This document shows, in pieces, positions 37,068 through 50,719 of a stretch of DNA of 64,000 nucleotides. A program made the position numbers and the translations under genes. How positions within the stretch are numbered: position 1 is the first letter of the stretch; each line of letters starts with the position of its first letter. Below the pieces are notes generated by a model. It worked only from the letters and a program-made list of their open reading frames with translations, had not been told where the DNA came from and made no database searches. This DNA is from Asterias rubens (Eukaryota): the NCBI RefSeq assembly GCF_902459465.1, contig NC_047082.1, forward strand, positions 7,006,001 through 7,070,000, in the 5' to 3' direction.

Positions 37068-40061
37068 ATGATGGAGAAAACCCGGTGGATATTTCTCTTT
37101 GGAACCCTTGGCTGGATTTTCCCGCTGTCCTGCTGGTGCCTCAATCTAACATGTAGGTATTTTCGATTACGTTTACATTCGGGAGTGGGAGAGGGTGGAA
37201 CCGGTACGCCAAATTTCAACCTAAAATATCTTTGCATTAAGACGAATCGAAGAGCAGTTATTTTATACAACTTAATTTTAAGAAAAAGAAAAAAAACAAA
37301 AAAAAAAACAAGCGATGAATGAATGATGAGACGCAAGTTGTAAAATAGAGAAGGTACCCTCTATATATATTTAAGCAAAGTAGTGATGTTTTATGAGCAT
37401 TTTTCAAAAGATTACGAGAAACTAGTTTCGTGTTTACGTGTAATACTTTCCGTAGCTTTGGATCTTCGGGGTATGGATGCCAGTCAGAGTTCCGATCTCC
37501 GTTACGACAGAGTTCACCTTAAGGCACAACTAGCGATTGACGGTGACTTGCGAACATCTTTGGGAGATTTCACTTGCGCGCATACAAGTGAGTTTACACC
37601 ATGAACCAATTTCATAGAGCTGCTTAAGCACACAAAGTAGCTAAGCACACAAGGCATAATTATGGTTACCAGAATGAGGTTACCAGCCAAAGTACCATGT
37701 TGCATGTAGAATTTGTGGTATCCTGCTCATGTCTGCTTAGCAGAATATTTTAAAGCAATATTGTCTGCAGCAGCTCTATGAAATTGGACACAGGCATTAC
37801 CATTAAAAGTTCACAGAATACATTGTAGATCTATATAAATTAGATGTATTGCACATGACGTCATTGGCCACCCTCTTAGATGAAACGTCACGAATGAAAG
37901 GCTATCATCGGCTGAGAGGTGCAGCGCGCACACGCGTGCACGTTCCCATAGTGTATCATAAAATATGGCGGTCGTTGGTGCAATCCATCTGTAGGCTACC
38001 ATTGATCTCCTGTATAGACATTTCCATTGCAATGAATACAGCTCGAGTTTTTGTCAAACAAGGTTGGAGAACCATGGAAAGCCATAATTGCAAATCAAAA
38101 ACAGATATCTATTGTTTCTAGAAAGGATACAAATATATTCAAAAATATATTGAATTTGTTGGAAACTAATCAACGAATCATAAGACATTATTTCAACTCA
38201 TGAATCTTTTAAACAGATGTTGAATTTGGTCAATTGTTTTATCATGCGATTGATTGTTTGCCAACATTCAGCCGGCCATGCCAACTGGCATACGTCCCGT
38301 GTTTATCAATAATGGAAAGGTCTTGCATTGACCACCATTTTGAAAAGACTACTTTTGGTTCAGAGTCTTGCGCAGCGCGTAAACGCGTGCTCTTTTCTAT
38401 TGTTTTACATCAAAGATGGTGGCCAATGACGTCATGTGCAGGGTTCGAGTCCCGGTCATGACACTGTTATCCTTTGGACGGGACTTTAAGCCGTTAGTCC
38501 CGTGTGCTGTGTAATGCACGTATGAAAGAGTCAATTAAAAGGGTTTTGTCCCGGTGTTCCTGGTTTGTTTGGCTGTATAGGCCTATTTCACCNNNNNNNN
38601 NNNNNNNNNNNNNNNNNNNNNNNNNNNNNNNNNNNNNNNNNNNNNNNNNNNNNNNNNNNNNNNNNNNNNNNNNNNNNNNNNNNNNNNNNNNNNNNNNNNN
38701 NNNNNNNNNNNNNNNNNNNNNNNNNNNNNNNNNNNNNNNNNNNNNNNNNNNNNNNNNNNNNNNNNNNNNNNNNNNNNNNNNNNNNNNNNNNNNNNNNNNN
38801 NNNNNNNNNNNNNNNNNNNNNNNNNNNNNNNNNNNNNNNNNNNNNNNNNNNNNNNNNNNNNNNNNNNNNNNNNNNNNNNNNNNNNNNNNNNNNNNNNNNN
38901 NNNNNNNNNNNNNNNNNNNNNNNNNNNNNNNNNNNNNNNNNNNNTTGTAGGTATTGGTCTCCATTCTTGGTGGAAGTTGGACCTGGGAACCAACCGCTGC
39001 GTGGGTCGTATCACCCTTGTCAACAGAGGCGATAGTGATAGTAAGTTCACACATTATTAAATTTCCCTCATCAGTAAAAAGAAGCTAACTAAGTGGCATT
39101 TAAATCAGTGACATTGAGTGAAATACATTATTTCACTCATAGGTGGTCGTTTGTCTGGCGCCATTGTAAAGGCAGGCAAGGAGAGCGACACTTCAAAAAA
39201 TGCAGCGTGTGGGTTACCAGTGACAATGGACCAAGCATCGATCCCTGGGGCACACATAGACTTTGTATGTGATCCACCCGTGATTGCCCGGTACGTCAGT
39301 GTGGACAAGAAAGTTCGCGTGATCAGCGGTTTAGACAGCACCCTAACTCTGTGTGAAGTGATGGTTGAAGAGTACCACAAGGCAGACTGTCCTCAAACAA
39401 AAAGTAAGAAATCATTATGGGTGACATTACATAATTTCAAACCAGAACACATGGGTCTTCTACTAAACAATCATCGTCTTGGTCAAGTACCGCATGAGGT
39501 AAACATTGCTCATTAAATAATTAAGCAGGAATTCGTTCGTGCCTGAAGAAATAATAACAGATCTTTGAAACTGGGGATCGTCTTCCTTATAAAGGGACTG
39601 AAAACGTAATTGTCAAAGACCAACATTCTCATTTGGTGAATTCCACTGAGCCAGCATCTAGTCCTACGGTCTCCCAGAGGGAGACTGCTCGGAGCGCTGC
39701 CAAGTTAGTCAGGAGGTCGTTTCAAATACCGCTTTAGGCATAACTTCTCTTAGTCAAACCCAAATTTATTTATTTATTTTAAATCAAAGGTACGTGCACA
39801 AACACATCGTCACTCGCCACTCATTGCATGTCCACTTTGCTCTACGATGGGAAATGTGTAAACGACCTAAGCCCTCTATTGGCCGAAGTTAAAGTGAAGT
39901 CGCCAATGCAATGTTTCCTGAGGTGCAAGATGAATAACGAGTGTTGGTCTTTCGACTACGACATGACTTCTGGTCAGTGCAGGCTCTTCGATGTAAAGGC
40001 TGTAGACTTGAAGGCAGATGATCAGCCAGGCTGTTCGGTGTATACGGTAGTCCGTGGCTAG
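37068..40061 (+). CDS. Secreted F-type lectin (fucolectin/FTP domain) + PAN/Apple domain protein, about 279 aa, 5 exons
   Basis: Exons 37068-37152, 37456-37587, 38951-39040, 39143-39403 and 39790-40061; all phase-1 GT-AG introns, 840 nt in frame. Signal peptide, ASQSS, LAIDG, CAHT, WWKLDLG, VNRGD, ARYVSV, LTLCEVMV. The Apple-type Cys pattern is CFLRC...CWSFDY...C...C. An assembly gap in intron 2 could hide sequence. Confidence 0.85.
37606..37787. mobile_element. Harbinger-like MITE 18 bp downstream of the lectin exon 2 donor
   Basis: TIR CCAATTTCATAGAGCTGC / GCAGCTCTATGAAATTGG. Confidence 0.75.
37847..38440. mobile_element. TIR element in lectin intron 2
   Basis: gcacatgacgtcattggccacc ... 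ggtggccaatgacgtcatgtgc. Confidence 0.65.
38441..38592 (+). mobile_element. tRNA-derived SINE fragment running into an assembly gap
   Basis: B-box GGTTCGAGTCC; homology to 35744-35835. Confidence 0.5.
38593..38944. other. Assembly gap
   Basis: Run of N. Confidence 1.
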
Positions 40062-40862
40062 ACCAGTTATGAATTACTCATAATCTGCAAATTATCGACG
40101 AATAGTCGTTCCTCGATTCTTGCAACTTCAACCGATAATTTTTATTTATTTATCACTAAATACAAAAGTCTAATTGAACAAGGAAAACTTATATTTCAAG
40201 TGACATTTTTGCAAATAAATTTACAAATAATAACCTTTAATGTATATGGTCATAGGTTTTGTTTTTATTTTTATGTGTAGGAAAGTCTGAAATAATAAGT
40301 TTTTTAATCAACTTCCGCACCAAACCAAATACGAGGTGCTTTGTACTAAAGATACTGAACTTAAGTAAAACATGTGGAAGTGGCTTATTTGAATAGGAAG
40401 TGACAAACAAAATAGCTATATCGTTAAGTTCTTTCACTTGACTGACCCCGGTCGGGTAAAGGGCCCCAGTTTAAAATCAATAGGAGGTACCTTAATGCAG
40501 GTGTACACACCTAGTGCACAATCATTGTGTGCATTGCCAGACCAGTGTGTGTTTAACTAAGTGTGTGTTTTAAAACAAATCGGTCGGAAAACGTGTATGT
40601 AGAGTTGTTGTCATGGAAACACATCAATACACCAACATTGACGAGTTTAATCTGACAGGTTTAATTCAAGTCAAATAAACTTGATGAAACTATTAATAAA
40701 AACAGCACTTATACACTCTGGTCCGGTTCAATTATGTATGTATGCAGTTGTTTAATTGTGTAATACAAAAACTATACAGTCAGGCACGTATGAAGATTCA
40801 ATTTGTGGTGGGCGCAAACCGTGAAGCCACGTGGGTCGCGGTGCAAATTTGAGGGCCCGCCG

Positions 40863-41015
40863 CAGATTTCACAAAACTCTTCCTAACTTAGGATTAATCT
40901 TAGGACTTTAGGACGAGTTAAGTTCCGCATCCAAAGGCGTATGACGTATTGAACCTGTCCTAAAGTAGGACGGGTTACTCGTCCTAACTCGAGATAGGAA
41001 TAATCCTAGCGTTTC
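40863..41015. mobile_element. Small Harbinger-like MITE
   Basis: gatttcacaaaac...gtttcgtgaaatc termini with internal cctaa/ttagg repeats. Confidence 0.55.
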
Positions 41016-43190
41016 GTGAAATCAGCTCATGGAAAGTTTTAGCTTATAGGGGTGCGGGTGGGGGGCTTTATAGATTATTTTTCATCAACATTATTTGGCA
41101 GTAGCACTAAAAACCTTCACAAAGTTAAAGGTTGTGTCAAATATGAAGCTTCTTCCTTTGACGAGCGAGACTCATGGTATTGAACACAAGCTTTAACAAC
41201 GTATGGTGCGTCAAGTACTATGGTCATTATAGAAGGGGTGGTTTGACACTGTACACTGTTGTGAGCTCAATTGGTCGTCGCAGTTGCGAGATAAAAATGA
41301 AATAAAAAAACACATCTCTGTCAAACGAAGTTGTGTGCTTTCAGATGCTTGATTTCGATACCTCGAATTCAATTCAAATATTTTACTGAAACCCAATCTC
41401 AAAAACTACGTTACTTCAGAGGGAGCCGTTACCCACAATGTTTTATACTATCAACAGCTCTCCATTGCTCGTTAGGCAAGTAAGTTTTTATGCTGCGAAT
41501 TATTTTGAGTAATTACCAATAGTGTCCACTGCCTTTAACGGCAAGTGACACGAAGAACGTGTGTAGTGGGGAGTAGGCGGAAAGAAGGGAGGGTGTGATG
41601 AGAAAGACAGGGGAGGGGGCTCCAGCCCCGCCCCTTATTACGCCACTGGTTATCTGCAATGATCAGAGTTGTGTATTGAGAGTATTTCGATATAGGACCA
41701 TTTTCCTTAGATCACGTGGTTGCTGTACGTCATTTTTATGCCAACCTTCTAAATGTGCCTCAGGACGATGTTGAGCTCATGCGGTTTTTTTCTTGACCGA
41801 AAAAGGTTTTTTAATCGTAAGTTGCCGCAACTCTCCCAACTGTAATTTTTTGGGGAAAATGCAATGCTCTGGCAATAGTCGTCTCCACACTTTAAGGACT
41901 ACCGCGATGTTATCTCCTTCTGGCCGAAGGAGCTGCCTCGAATTGAACTTCAGGTCGTGTTAGCTTAACGGAGCTGATGAATGGAATGCCGTTGTCACTC
42001 ATATGGGATTTTGTCCCCCATCATCATGTGTATCCCCTTCCATACTGTAAATTATAATGCCGACTGACTGAAGTCGATTAAAAAGTGGGCGCCATCCGGT
42101 GAAGTTTGTCTACACAACAATTTGTCGTTGGGGGCCAAAATCTCCGGGTGTGAAAAAATAATCCTATCACAACAGTCTTGCCTCCTACCTTCGGTAGGCC
42201 CTATCAGGTGAGGAACCAGTACAACAAACAGACTATAGTACGCAGACAAACAAAATCAATAATCAACTTTAAAACTAAACTTTTGAAAAAATGCACATGT
42301 ACTTTTCATTTATTAAAAGCCTCAAATGACAGCTCTTCCTTATTCTCCAACAAAACATAGTAATGCACAATACCACGAATAGACTAAGCCCATGTCTTAA
42401 TCCGCACCCGAGCCTCTAAATGTGTAACCTAAGATGTTCAGGCTTTACCACCAACTCCAAAAAGTACGCCCTTTGACATTCACAAGAGGGCTCACTTGGT
42501 AAAATGTCAATAATCCAGGAGGGGCTTCACTTGAGTTTGCAAACGATACCGAACATTACACTGGCTATCGCCCACAGCACTGAACATGTGTAGTGTGACG
42601 TCTTGTACGTCCCCGTGACGTCATAGCTCAAACCTAAACACAGATTGCACTGAACATGAAAGTCTTTTACATGAAAATACAAATTCTAAGTCAAGTGGAT
42701 AGTTAAAGTGTGCATTACGACACGTCGAAACACCAGAGTTCCATTTAATGTTTAATTATTTTGCATTTTACGAAGGGTTATATTCGCTCACTAAAAATAT
42801 TAAGACTTCTTACCTACAGCAACCTCTGTTAAGTTTATGGCAGACAGTTGAGTGTTAGTAATAATTGCGTATATAAAGCCATTGGACACTTTCGGTAAAC
42901 AGTATTGTCCAAAGGCCCAAACTTCATGTATCACAACTTATATATAAAATAACAAACCTGTGAAAATTTAGGCTTAATCAGTCATCGGAGTCGGGAGAAA
43001 ACAACGGGAAAACCCACCATTGTTTCCGCACGTTTCGCCGTGTTATGGCATGTGTTTAAAATAAATCCGTTATTCTCGATGTCGAGAATTATGTTTTCTC
43101 AAAGAGTAAAGCATTTCATGGAATAATATTTCAAGAGAAGTCTTTCCCCATTACCTTCTGTAAACCCTGTAAGTTATTTGTAAATCTGTG

Positions 43191-43333
43191 NNNNNNNNNN
43201 NNNNNNNNNNNNNNNNNNNNNNNNNNNNNNNNNNNNNNNNNNNNNNNNNNNNNNNNNNNNNNNNNNNNNNNNNNNNNNNNNNNNNNNNNNNNNNNNNNNN
43301 NNNNNNNNNNNNNNNNNNNNNNNNNNNNNNNNN
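43191..43333. other. Assembly gap
   Basis: Run of N; it truncates a TAAAGCCATTGGACAC-type MITE starting at about 42875. Confidence 1.
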
Positions 43334-43414
43334 GGATTGGTTTGAGAGAGGGCGCTATAATTATTCACACACTAATAACTCTTGATTTAAGTCACTCTTG
43401 AGGGCGCTCTCATA

Positions 43415-43472
43415 AAAACAAATGGCTGCACCACATTGATAATTCCAGTTGGAGTATTTTGTGCGCGAGCAG
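43415..43472 (+). other. Candidate non-coding first exon of PITHD1
   Basis: Strong donor CAG|GTAAGA at 43472/43473 in a CpG-containing context, and an acceptor tttcttacag 23 nt before the PITHD1 ATG. The 5' end is uncertain. Confidence 0.4.
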
Positions 43473-44289
43473 GTAAGAATTTCATCCTTATAACTCTTTT
43501 TAATTAAGATGTTGGCGAGTTCGCACAATTAATAGATTGTGTTAATCACAAGCTGTTATCGTGAGTTTCCAGTGTTGATAAGGTTTGATACATTTCAGCT
43601 TTAAATAAGTTGGTCCAATATGCTCACTCATGAAAACCGATGCAATGAGGCAGTTCAGGTATACACACATGACACATTTACAATTCCACACTTATTATGG
43701 CAACAAAAGTGTTACATTGGAGGGGAATGTTGGATAGTAGTACAAAATGAAGTATGTTGCCATGTGCTTTTGTCTGTGTACATTAAGAAGTACATGAGGA
43801 TTGTGGTTAAAGGAAAAAGAAGGTAAATTACCAAGTATTAATTTAAGAAGAAACTGGAAGCATAAGATAAAAACTGATAAGTCTTCAAGATTTAGAGTAC
43901 GTAACAAGGACAGACATTTTGGTTATCATTTGATAGAAGTTATATACTGAAATAAATGTATTGTCCAATGTTGACCAGATAACAATTCTAGGGATAGTTA
44001 ACAGCCAAAATTAAGAAACTGTCTTCCCCGTGCTATTTTAGAAATTTAAGTTTTTTAAACAAATGGTTACGTACAAACAAGGACATAATTTTGTCAAAAA
44101 ATGTCTGTCCATTGTTCGTACGTGACGTGTTTTTCACATTTTTATTGCCTTAATACCTACAGCAATATCTCAGTTTTAGTGCTTACAATCTTTAAAAGTC
44201 ATGAAGTTGCTTACGCAGTATTTGTAATTGTTTTCAAATTCTTTCTTTTCAGGCCATACTATGTCTGTCTTTTGTTACAACACATTTAA

Positions 44290-44673
44290 AGGAACACGTT
44301 GCCTTGGATCGGTCGAGTTGGTCTTTAGACAGCGTTTGTAACCGTTTGCTATAAAATGCATATGGGTAGAAAGATGTTGTAAAAGTGGAATACAATGACC
44401 TACACAACGATGCCTCGAAATTGCGTGGTTTTCTTTTTACCTCGTCGACTAACACGGTCGACCACTTATCGGAGTCAAATTTTTGAATCCCATTTATGGC
44501 CGACCATGTTAGTTTGCGACGTAAAAGGAAAAACATACAATTTTGAGTTATACTTCTTGTGTGGATCATTGTATTCTACTTTTTAAACATCTTTCTAACC
44601 ATATGCCTTTCATGACAAACGTTTCAAACGCTTATTATAGACCAACTCGTTCGATCCAAGGCAACGTGTTCCT
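44290..44673. mobile_element. Kolobok-like MITE family C, full length
   Basis: AGGAACACGTTGCCTTGGATCG TIRs with TTAA flanks. Confidence 0.88.
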
Positions 44674-45754
44674 TTAAGATGACCTTGTAATTCCTAGACT
44701 TTTTAGTTTTTTTTAACTAGGAACAATTATAAACACTAAAACAGATTTAAAATGTAAAGGAAAAGACTGAAACAAAATAGTTTGTTTTGTCTCGCTCTCA
44801 CATGCCTATCTTACAAATCCATTATGTCCATTAGTATGGAATTGCCCATTTAAAAAAAACCCACAATATTACATGTCACCGGTAATGCGACGTACAACGT
44901 CCGCCTCTGAAACACCGGTCAAAATTAAGTGATTCAGCGAATAATAAAACAATTCAATTGTAAGTGCCAACAAAAGCAGTAAACATCAAGTCAAGGTAAG
45001 ACTCGTAGTATACACATGTACGTGTGTTGGGTGCGTGCATGTTTCCATGATCAAACCAAAAATAAAAAACTAAGGCCAGCAGCCCACCTTGATGAGCTGT
45101 TATTGTTAATGGCTCTGCATCATAGTCACCATTTAAATTAATTGTTAGGGTCTAACTACATTGTAAACCACCACAGGTTCAGTATCTTTATCTCAAATTG
45201 GTAGAAGGGTCTGTATTAAAAAAGTTAACAACCATGACAACATAGTGACCATGGCCATGTGATAAATTCCGAGATGAAACAGAATCGTTTCATACAAAAG
45301 AAAAACGCACATAATAACCCTTAGCATAGACGAGCATTCCCAATTAATTACAGCCAAATATTTAGAGGTGAGCTGTACCCACTGATTCATAGAGTAAGGA
45401 CAAATTATCTATCCTTACTTTATGGTTGATTCGACACAAAATGACCAAACTACATTATTACATTATTACATACGTGCCATCAAGATCCAAAATATTGTTT
45501 ATTACTTGGCACTCATTTTGGCGTATACATGTATACAGGCAATGCACTATTCATTTCCCATTTGGCTGAAACTTTGATAACTGATAACCCCCAAACCAAA
45601 AGAGTCAACAAACTAATATTTTGGATTTATTCAGTTGGTATCAATTGGTATGACGATGTATCACCTTTTTTTTTTAGAAGAAGACCTGAGAACCCATGAA
45701 TCACTCCCCCATATTTTGGTACTTTCTTACAGACAGAGACTATTAATCTATTGG

Positions 45755-48700
45755 ATGTCTGGACATGGACACAGTCACGGGGGATGTTCAGGTGGTCATG
45801 ACCACGACCCTCCAGACAGAGGAGCAGAGTTTTCACTGTACACAAAGATCGACACCGAGCGGGTTGAGTGTTTGAACGAGGTCATAGACGGTTCAGGAAA
45901 ACTAGTCTTCAAAGCTTGGGATGAACGTCTAGATACTGACAAGGTAGTGAACTATTAAGAGCGTCTTAAGTTATTAAAAGGCACTTTTGGTTTTGTTTAA
46001 ATCCAATCTTGCAAAAATTAGGCTCTGCATGTTCTTTTTGCTGTCATTGTCTGTTGTGCTGGTCAAGAAAATCCACAACACAAAACAATTTAGGCACAAT
46101 CGCATAATGCAATATTGACAAACTCTCAGTATTTTTCAGAATATTTGCCTTACATTTACATGTGGTGTGTGAAAAAGTATTGTTATTATTATTCTGGTTG
46201 ATCATAAAACCAAAACCAAGGTTGGCAGCTGCTGGATAAAATAACCTTGTGGACAATACAAGTAAAAACTCACTATGTGTACAACTTAAAGAAGCAAAAC
46301 TTCGCCTAAAAGGCTTCAATACTTTAAAATTGCACAACCAACACACATGTCAAGTAGGATTGAAGGCACTGTACACGTTTGGTAATTGTCAAAGACCCGT
46401 GTTCTTACTTGGTGTATCCCATCATAAGCAATAAATAACAAGCCTGTAAAAATTTTGGCTCAATTGATCAAGTTGCAAGAAAATGATGAAAGAAAAACGG
46501 GCTTGTTGGACGAATTTGCTTTCAGATAGAAATAAAAGACTTCTACCTAGAAGTCCGTAATTATTTAAGTGAGAAGTTACCTCTTTCTCAAAAACTACCT
46601 TACTTCAGAGGGAGTTGTTTCCCACAATGTATTATACTATCAAAAGCTCTCCAATGCTCGTTACCAAGTCAGTTCTTAAGTTAATTTTTTTCTTTGAGTA
46701 ATTAACAAACGTGTACCGTCCATAAGAGTAAACAAAGGTTAAAGATAAAAACAGACAAAGTAAAGAAAGCAGCCATAAACAGAGAGGACAATTGAATTAC
46801 CAAACCGTTCATGTTCATTTAACCTTTCAGTATGTTGAGAGTGATGACGATGAAGAACTACTTTTTAATATCCCGTAAGTATCAATTCAATTTTCATTAT
46901 GAATCCCCTCAAAGCAAAAGATTGCTCTTGTTGTTCACTCATGTAATTGTCACATGAAGTTGTGTGCTTTTAGATGCTTGATTTCAAAACCTCAAAATCT
47001 AAATCTGCCTCAAGGTTTCCAAATCAAATTTGTTGAAAATTACTTCTTTGTCAAAAACTACGTTACTTCATAGGGAGCCATTTCTAAAAATGTTTTGTAC
47101 TATCAACAGCTCTCCATTACTCGTTACCAAGTGAGGTTTATGCCAATAATCATTTTGAGTAATTACCAATAGTGTCCACTGCCTTTAAAGCCAGAATTTG
47201 ATATCAAGGTTCACAAAAATGCCCTCATTTAGAAAACAAAAAATACAAAACTCTGACTCCAAGTTTGCTCAGCTTAAATGCATAAAGTGATATTGAAAAG
47301 TAAACTAAAAGATACATTTTGTTGTCAAAATTAAAACTTTGTCCTTTCACTCCAGTAAAATTCAACATCATAAACAGCAATAGTGTTCCGCTGGCATATT
47401 GCCAGTAAAAATTCAGGACCAGTTAAAATTCAATCCAAGTGGTCCGGCTGGCTAGGTCAGTCACCCTCTTAATATGAAATGTGGACCAGTGAAATAACTG
47501 AGGGCCTCAGTAAATAATAAGTTAACTGTTCCTGTGACTAGTCACTAATAAAAAACTGCAGTACAAACCCTGATAAATAAGAACTTAATACTCAAACTGT
47601 TATGGTGAAATGTGCAGTACTGTACAATATACATTTTGTTGGTGTGGAGATTTAACAATCATAATGGTTTATATTTGTTTTTATTTAAGATTTACAGGTA
47701 ATGTCAAGCTCAAGGGTGTGATTGTAATTGGGGGAAATGAAGAGAGTCATCCATCGGAAATGAAACTGTGAGTTGCTGGGTTCCCCTTTAATTTTGTCAG
47801 TGACTAGACTTGATTCAAGTCCTGTTCTCATGTGAGAGGTCACTAAGCATATCGCGCCAACCAGCAAACAAGCTGTTTATCTATGGCATTGGGGATGACA
47901 GCCGGCCGCCGGCCTAAGCGTTTTTCATTACAACTGAAAATAAAGGACTCTCATGGGATTGTGAAATGAGTCACAATCCAGTCATTTACTAGCCAGCAGG
48001 ACAAGTTCGTTATCTTGTCATTTCAAGCATGGAATTTTCAAATTCTTAAAATCTATCTGGAACTTTAAAGGGGTACAAGGACAAGATCAGGGCAGAAAAT
48101 GCCAAAGACTGAATTGTGGCCTTGTGTAATTCCAGGCCTTTATTTCATCCTCCTGCTTTTTCTCTGAACCAGCTAGGTGGATACAATTTTGATTGTTGTT
48201 TGGATTTCTAAATTGATGTATGGCCAGTGGACCACTCAAAGGGACAACACTGGAGTTGTGTTATGCAGGAATTCAAAGCAGTGAAAATCAATTTCCAGCT
48301 TCTAGTTTTCAATAAGCGCATCTATGTGACTATACCAGTATTTATTAGACCATTTTTCCAAAGTAAAAACACAAAACATACAAAATAATGTTAGTGCACA
48401 CTTAAAAGGCAATGGGAGACTTTCCAAGGCTAGGTGGCAGCAGACATACCGGGTAAATTTCCATTGTTTACGTAGTTCTGAACATGCGCATAATTCTGAG
48501 AACAATGGATTTACCCGGTAAGTCTGCTGCCCTCTATCGTCCCAGAAAGTCTCCCATTGATGGGGTTCAAACCTAAGTTTACAATGTGACCTGGAAACCT
48601 AGAAAAAAAAACGGGTTTGGTCCCTGCGTAACGTGTAAGGCAGATATTGTCAAAATAAGTAGACTTGCATTACGGCTAGATACTGTAGCTCATTTGACAG

Positions 48701-50192
48701 ATAAACCAGCATGAATTCGCAGGTTCAAGTCTTGCTAAAGAAATGTATTCTTTATGCAATTGGACCCCACATAAACATGTTTCAGTGAGCTTTCAGATTG
48801 AAATATCAATTGTTCTTCTACTTAAGAATTAACACAGTTCCTGTCTTTTATCAACCGCTGCGTCTGTTTTTCTTAAAGATACAAGAACCAACCCAATATG
48901 ACATTTGACGATACAAGGAGTGAGCCAGACCAGGTGTTTGAGATGCATCAAGACACATCTGGAATAATAGAATACAACACTAAGTAAGTGAGAACCCTGA
49001 TCACTCTGCGGTTGGTGACTTGTATTGTTTCACCCCTTTCCATGTATACTCTTTCTATTGGAAAGTGAGTGGCAAGGACACTATCTTTTGGAAAAATAAG
49101 TCTTGCAAAAAAGAATTAGTTTTGAAAGTCATTCTCTACTTGATTTAGTTATTCATTTGCAGGCCGAACATCTTGTGCCTAAAAATGACAACCGACAAAA
49201 TGATTGGTGCAGGGGGCAGTGTGGTATCACACACCCTTGCCTTTCCTGATGATTAGATATGTGTGCTCTTTGCGCATCATGTAAGAAGTGAGGGAAAAAA
49301 TATTCCAACATTGTACATGTAGCATCAATTGACCAGGGCAATCGACTCTGTATCAGTTTTGATGTAAGTGACATTTCATAGTTAACATCGTGGATTAGGT
49401 TTTTAGCTTAATAAAGATCAATAGAAACAAAGCCTGTATGTATGTAAAAACAAAACACAACATAAAGAAAAACACACGCAACAAAATTAGTCAGTAGTCC
49501 ATGTATGCATGGACCCTAATCCCAAACCCAACCTTGCTCCCAGCAGTGTACAAACAGAGCCTGTATGCATGGCCCCTAATCCCAAACCCAACCTTGCTCC
49601 CAGCAGTGTACAAAAAGAGCCTAAATGCATGGACCCTAATCCCAACCCAACCTTGCTCCCAGCAGTGTACAAACAGAGCATGTATGCATGACCCCTAATC
49701 CCAACTCAACCTTGCTCCCAGCAGTGTACAAACAGAGCCTGTATGCAAAAAATTATACAAACTTGTACTAAAACCCTTAAGTGACATTCTGAGTAACTGA
49801 GTTTGTTTTCTTCAAATATTAATCAAATATATGGACAAATTTCCCCAACAGAATTGCACGTTTCTCCAATGTGAACCATTTGTCAATTCACTTCTCAAAA
49901 AACTTTGGCGCAGAAACTTCCACAGTTTACTACATCGGGTTGAGAGGGGAATTTACAGAGGTAAGATTTTATTTTGTTGCTTTCTGAGGCACCATTGGTT
50001 GTCTATGTCTGAACAATGCTGAATGGGCCTCGCAATTGAATTAAAACAAACAGCTCCACTTGGTGACATTGTCCATGTTTTGTTCCACAGGCGCAACGCC
50101 AGGGTGTCATGATTGTTCAATATGAAGCATATGCCAACCCAAAAGACCACAAGACATCAATGACGGACAATGTTCAGCATGAAATCAGTTAA
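45755..50192 (+). CDS. PITHD1: PITH domain-containing protein 1, 208 aa, 6 coding exons
   Basis: Exons 45755-45943, 46831-46874, 47690-47767, 48879-48983, 49852-49960 and 50091-50192; 627 nt in frame. Motifs MSGHGHSHGGC, ESDDDEELLFNIPFTGNVKLKG, RFSNVNHLSIHFSKNFGA, YIGLRGEF, YEAYANPKDH. Confidence 0.96.
49501..49745. repeat. 60-bp minisatellite, about 4 copies, in PITHD1 intron 4
   Basis: Unit tgtatgcatggaccctaatcccaaacccaaccttgctcccagcagtgtacaaacagagcc. Confidence 0.95.
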
Positions 50193-50719
50193 CACACCCA
50201 ATGATTATCAGAGTTAAAAAGAGTCTTATAAAGGAGACTGAACTAAAGACAGATGATGACTTGGGACATCTCTTAGTGATTCTGCAATTCAACACCCTTA
50301 TAAGGAGCTGTGTCATCGTAATCAAAGAAGGATGATGGCTTTACATGGAATGATAAACTCTCACCCAGTTACACTGTATGCATGCACTCTCCTCAGATTT
50401 GATACAGAGGGAGGTCGTGCACAAACAGTAACTGGGTGACAGTTTATAATTCACAACCCTGCACAACTCTGTCATTGCTTGATAGAGTACTTAACAAATC
50501 TGTTTGTTCAACATTTTTGGACCATACAACAAAACTTTGCAACCTCTACAAAGCTATAATTTGGAAAAGCAGAAACTGATAAATCTCTAATTAACCCAAC
50601 CTCTCCAAACCAGATAATAACACCATTGGTGAGTTTAACCAAAATAGGAAAGCCTTGCATTTGTGTGGCAATTTTGACGAAATTAAATAAAATTGAGGTG
50701 TTAAACATTGCAGGTTTGT

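Noticed and set aside
38494-39054. Long ORFs spanning the N gap (also 43174-43385)
   Set aside because: Artefacts of translating N.
42052-42249. 65-aa minus-strand ORF with a hydrophobic start and CC (possible secreted-protein exon)
   Set aside because: No consistent splice partners or recognisable domain were found, so it is not supportable without RNA data.
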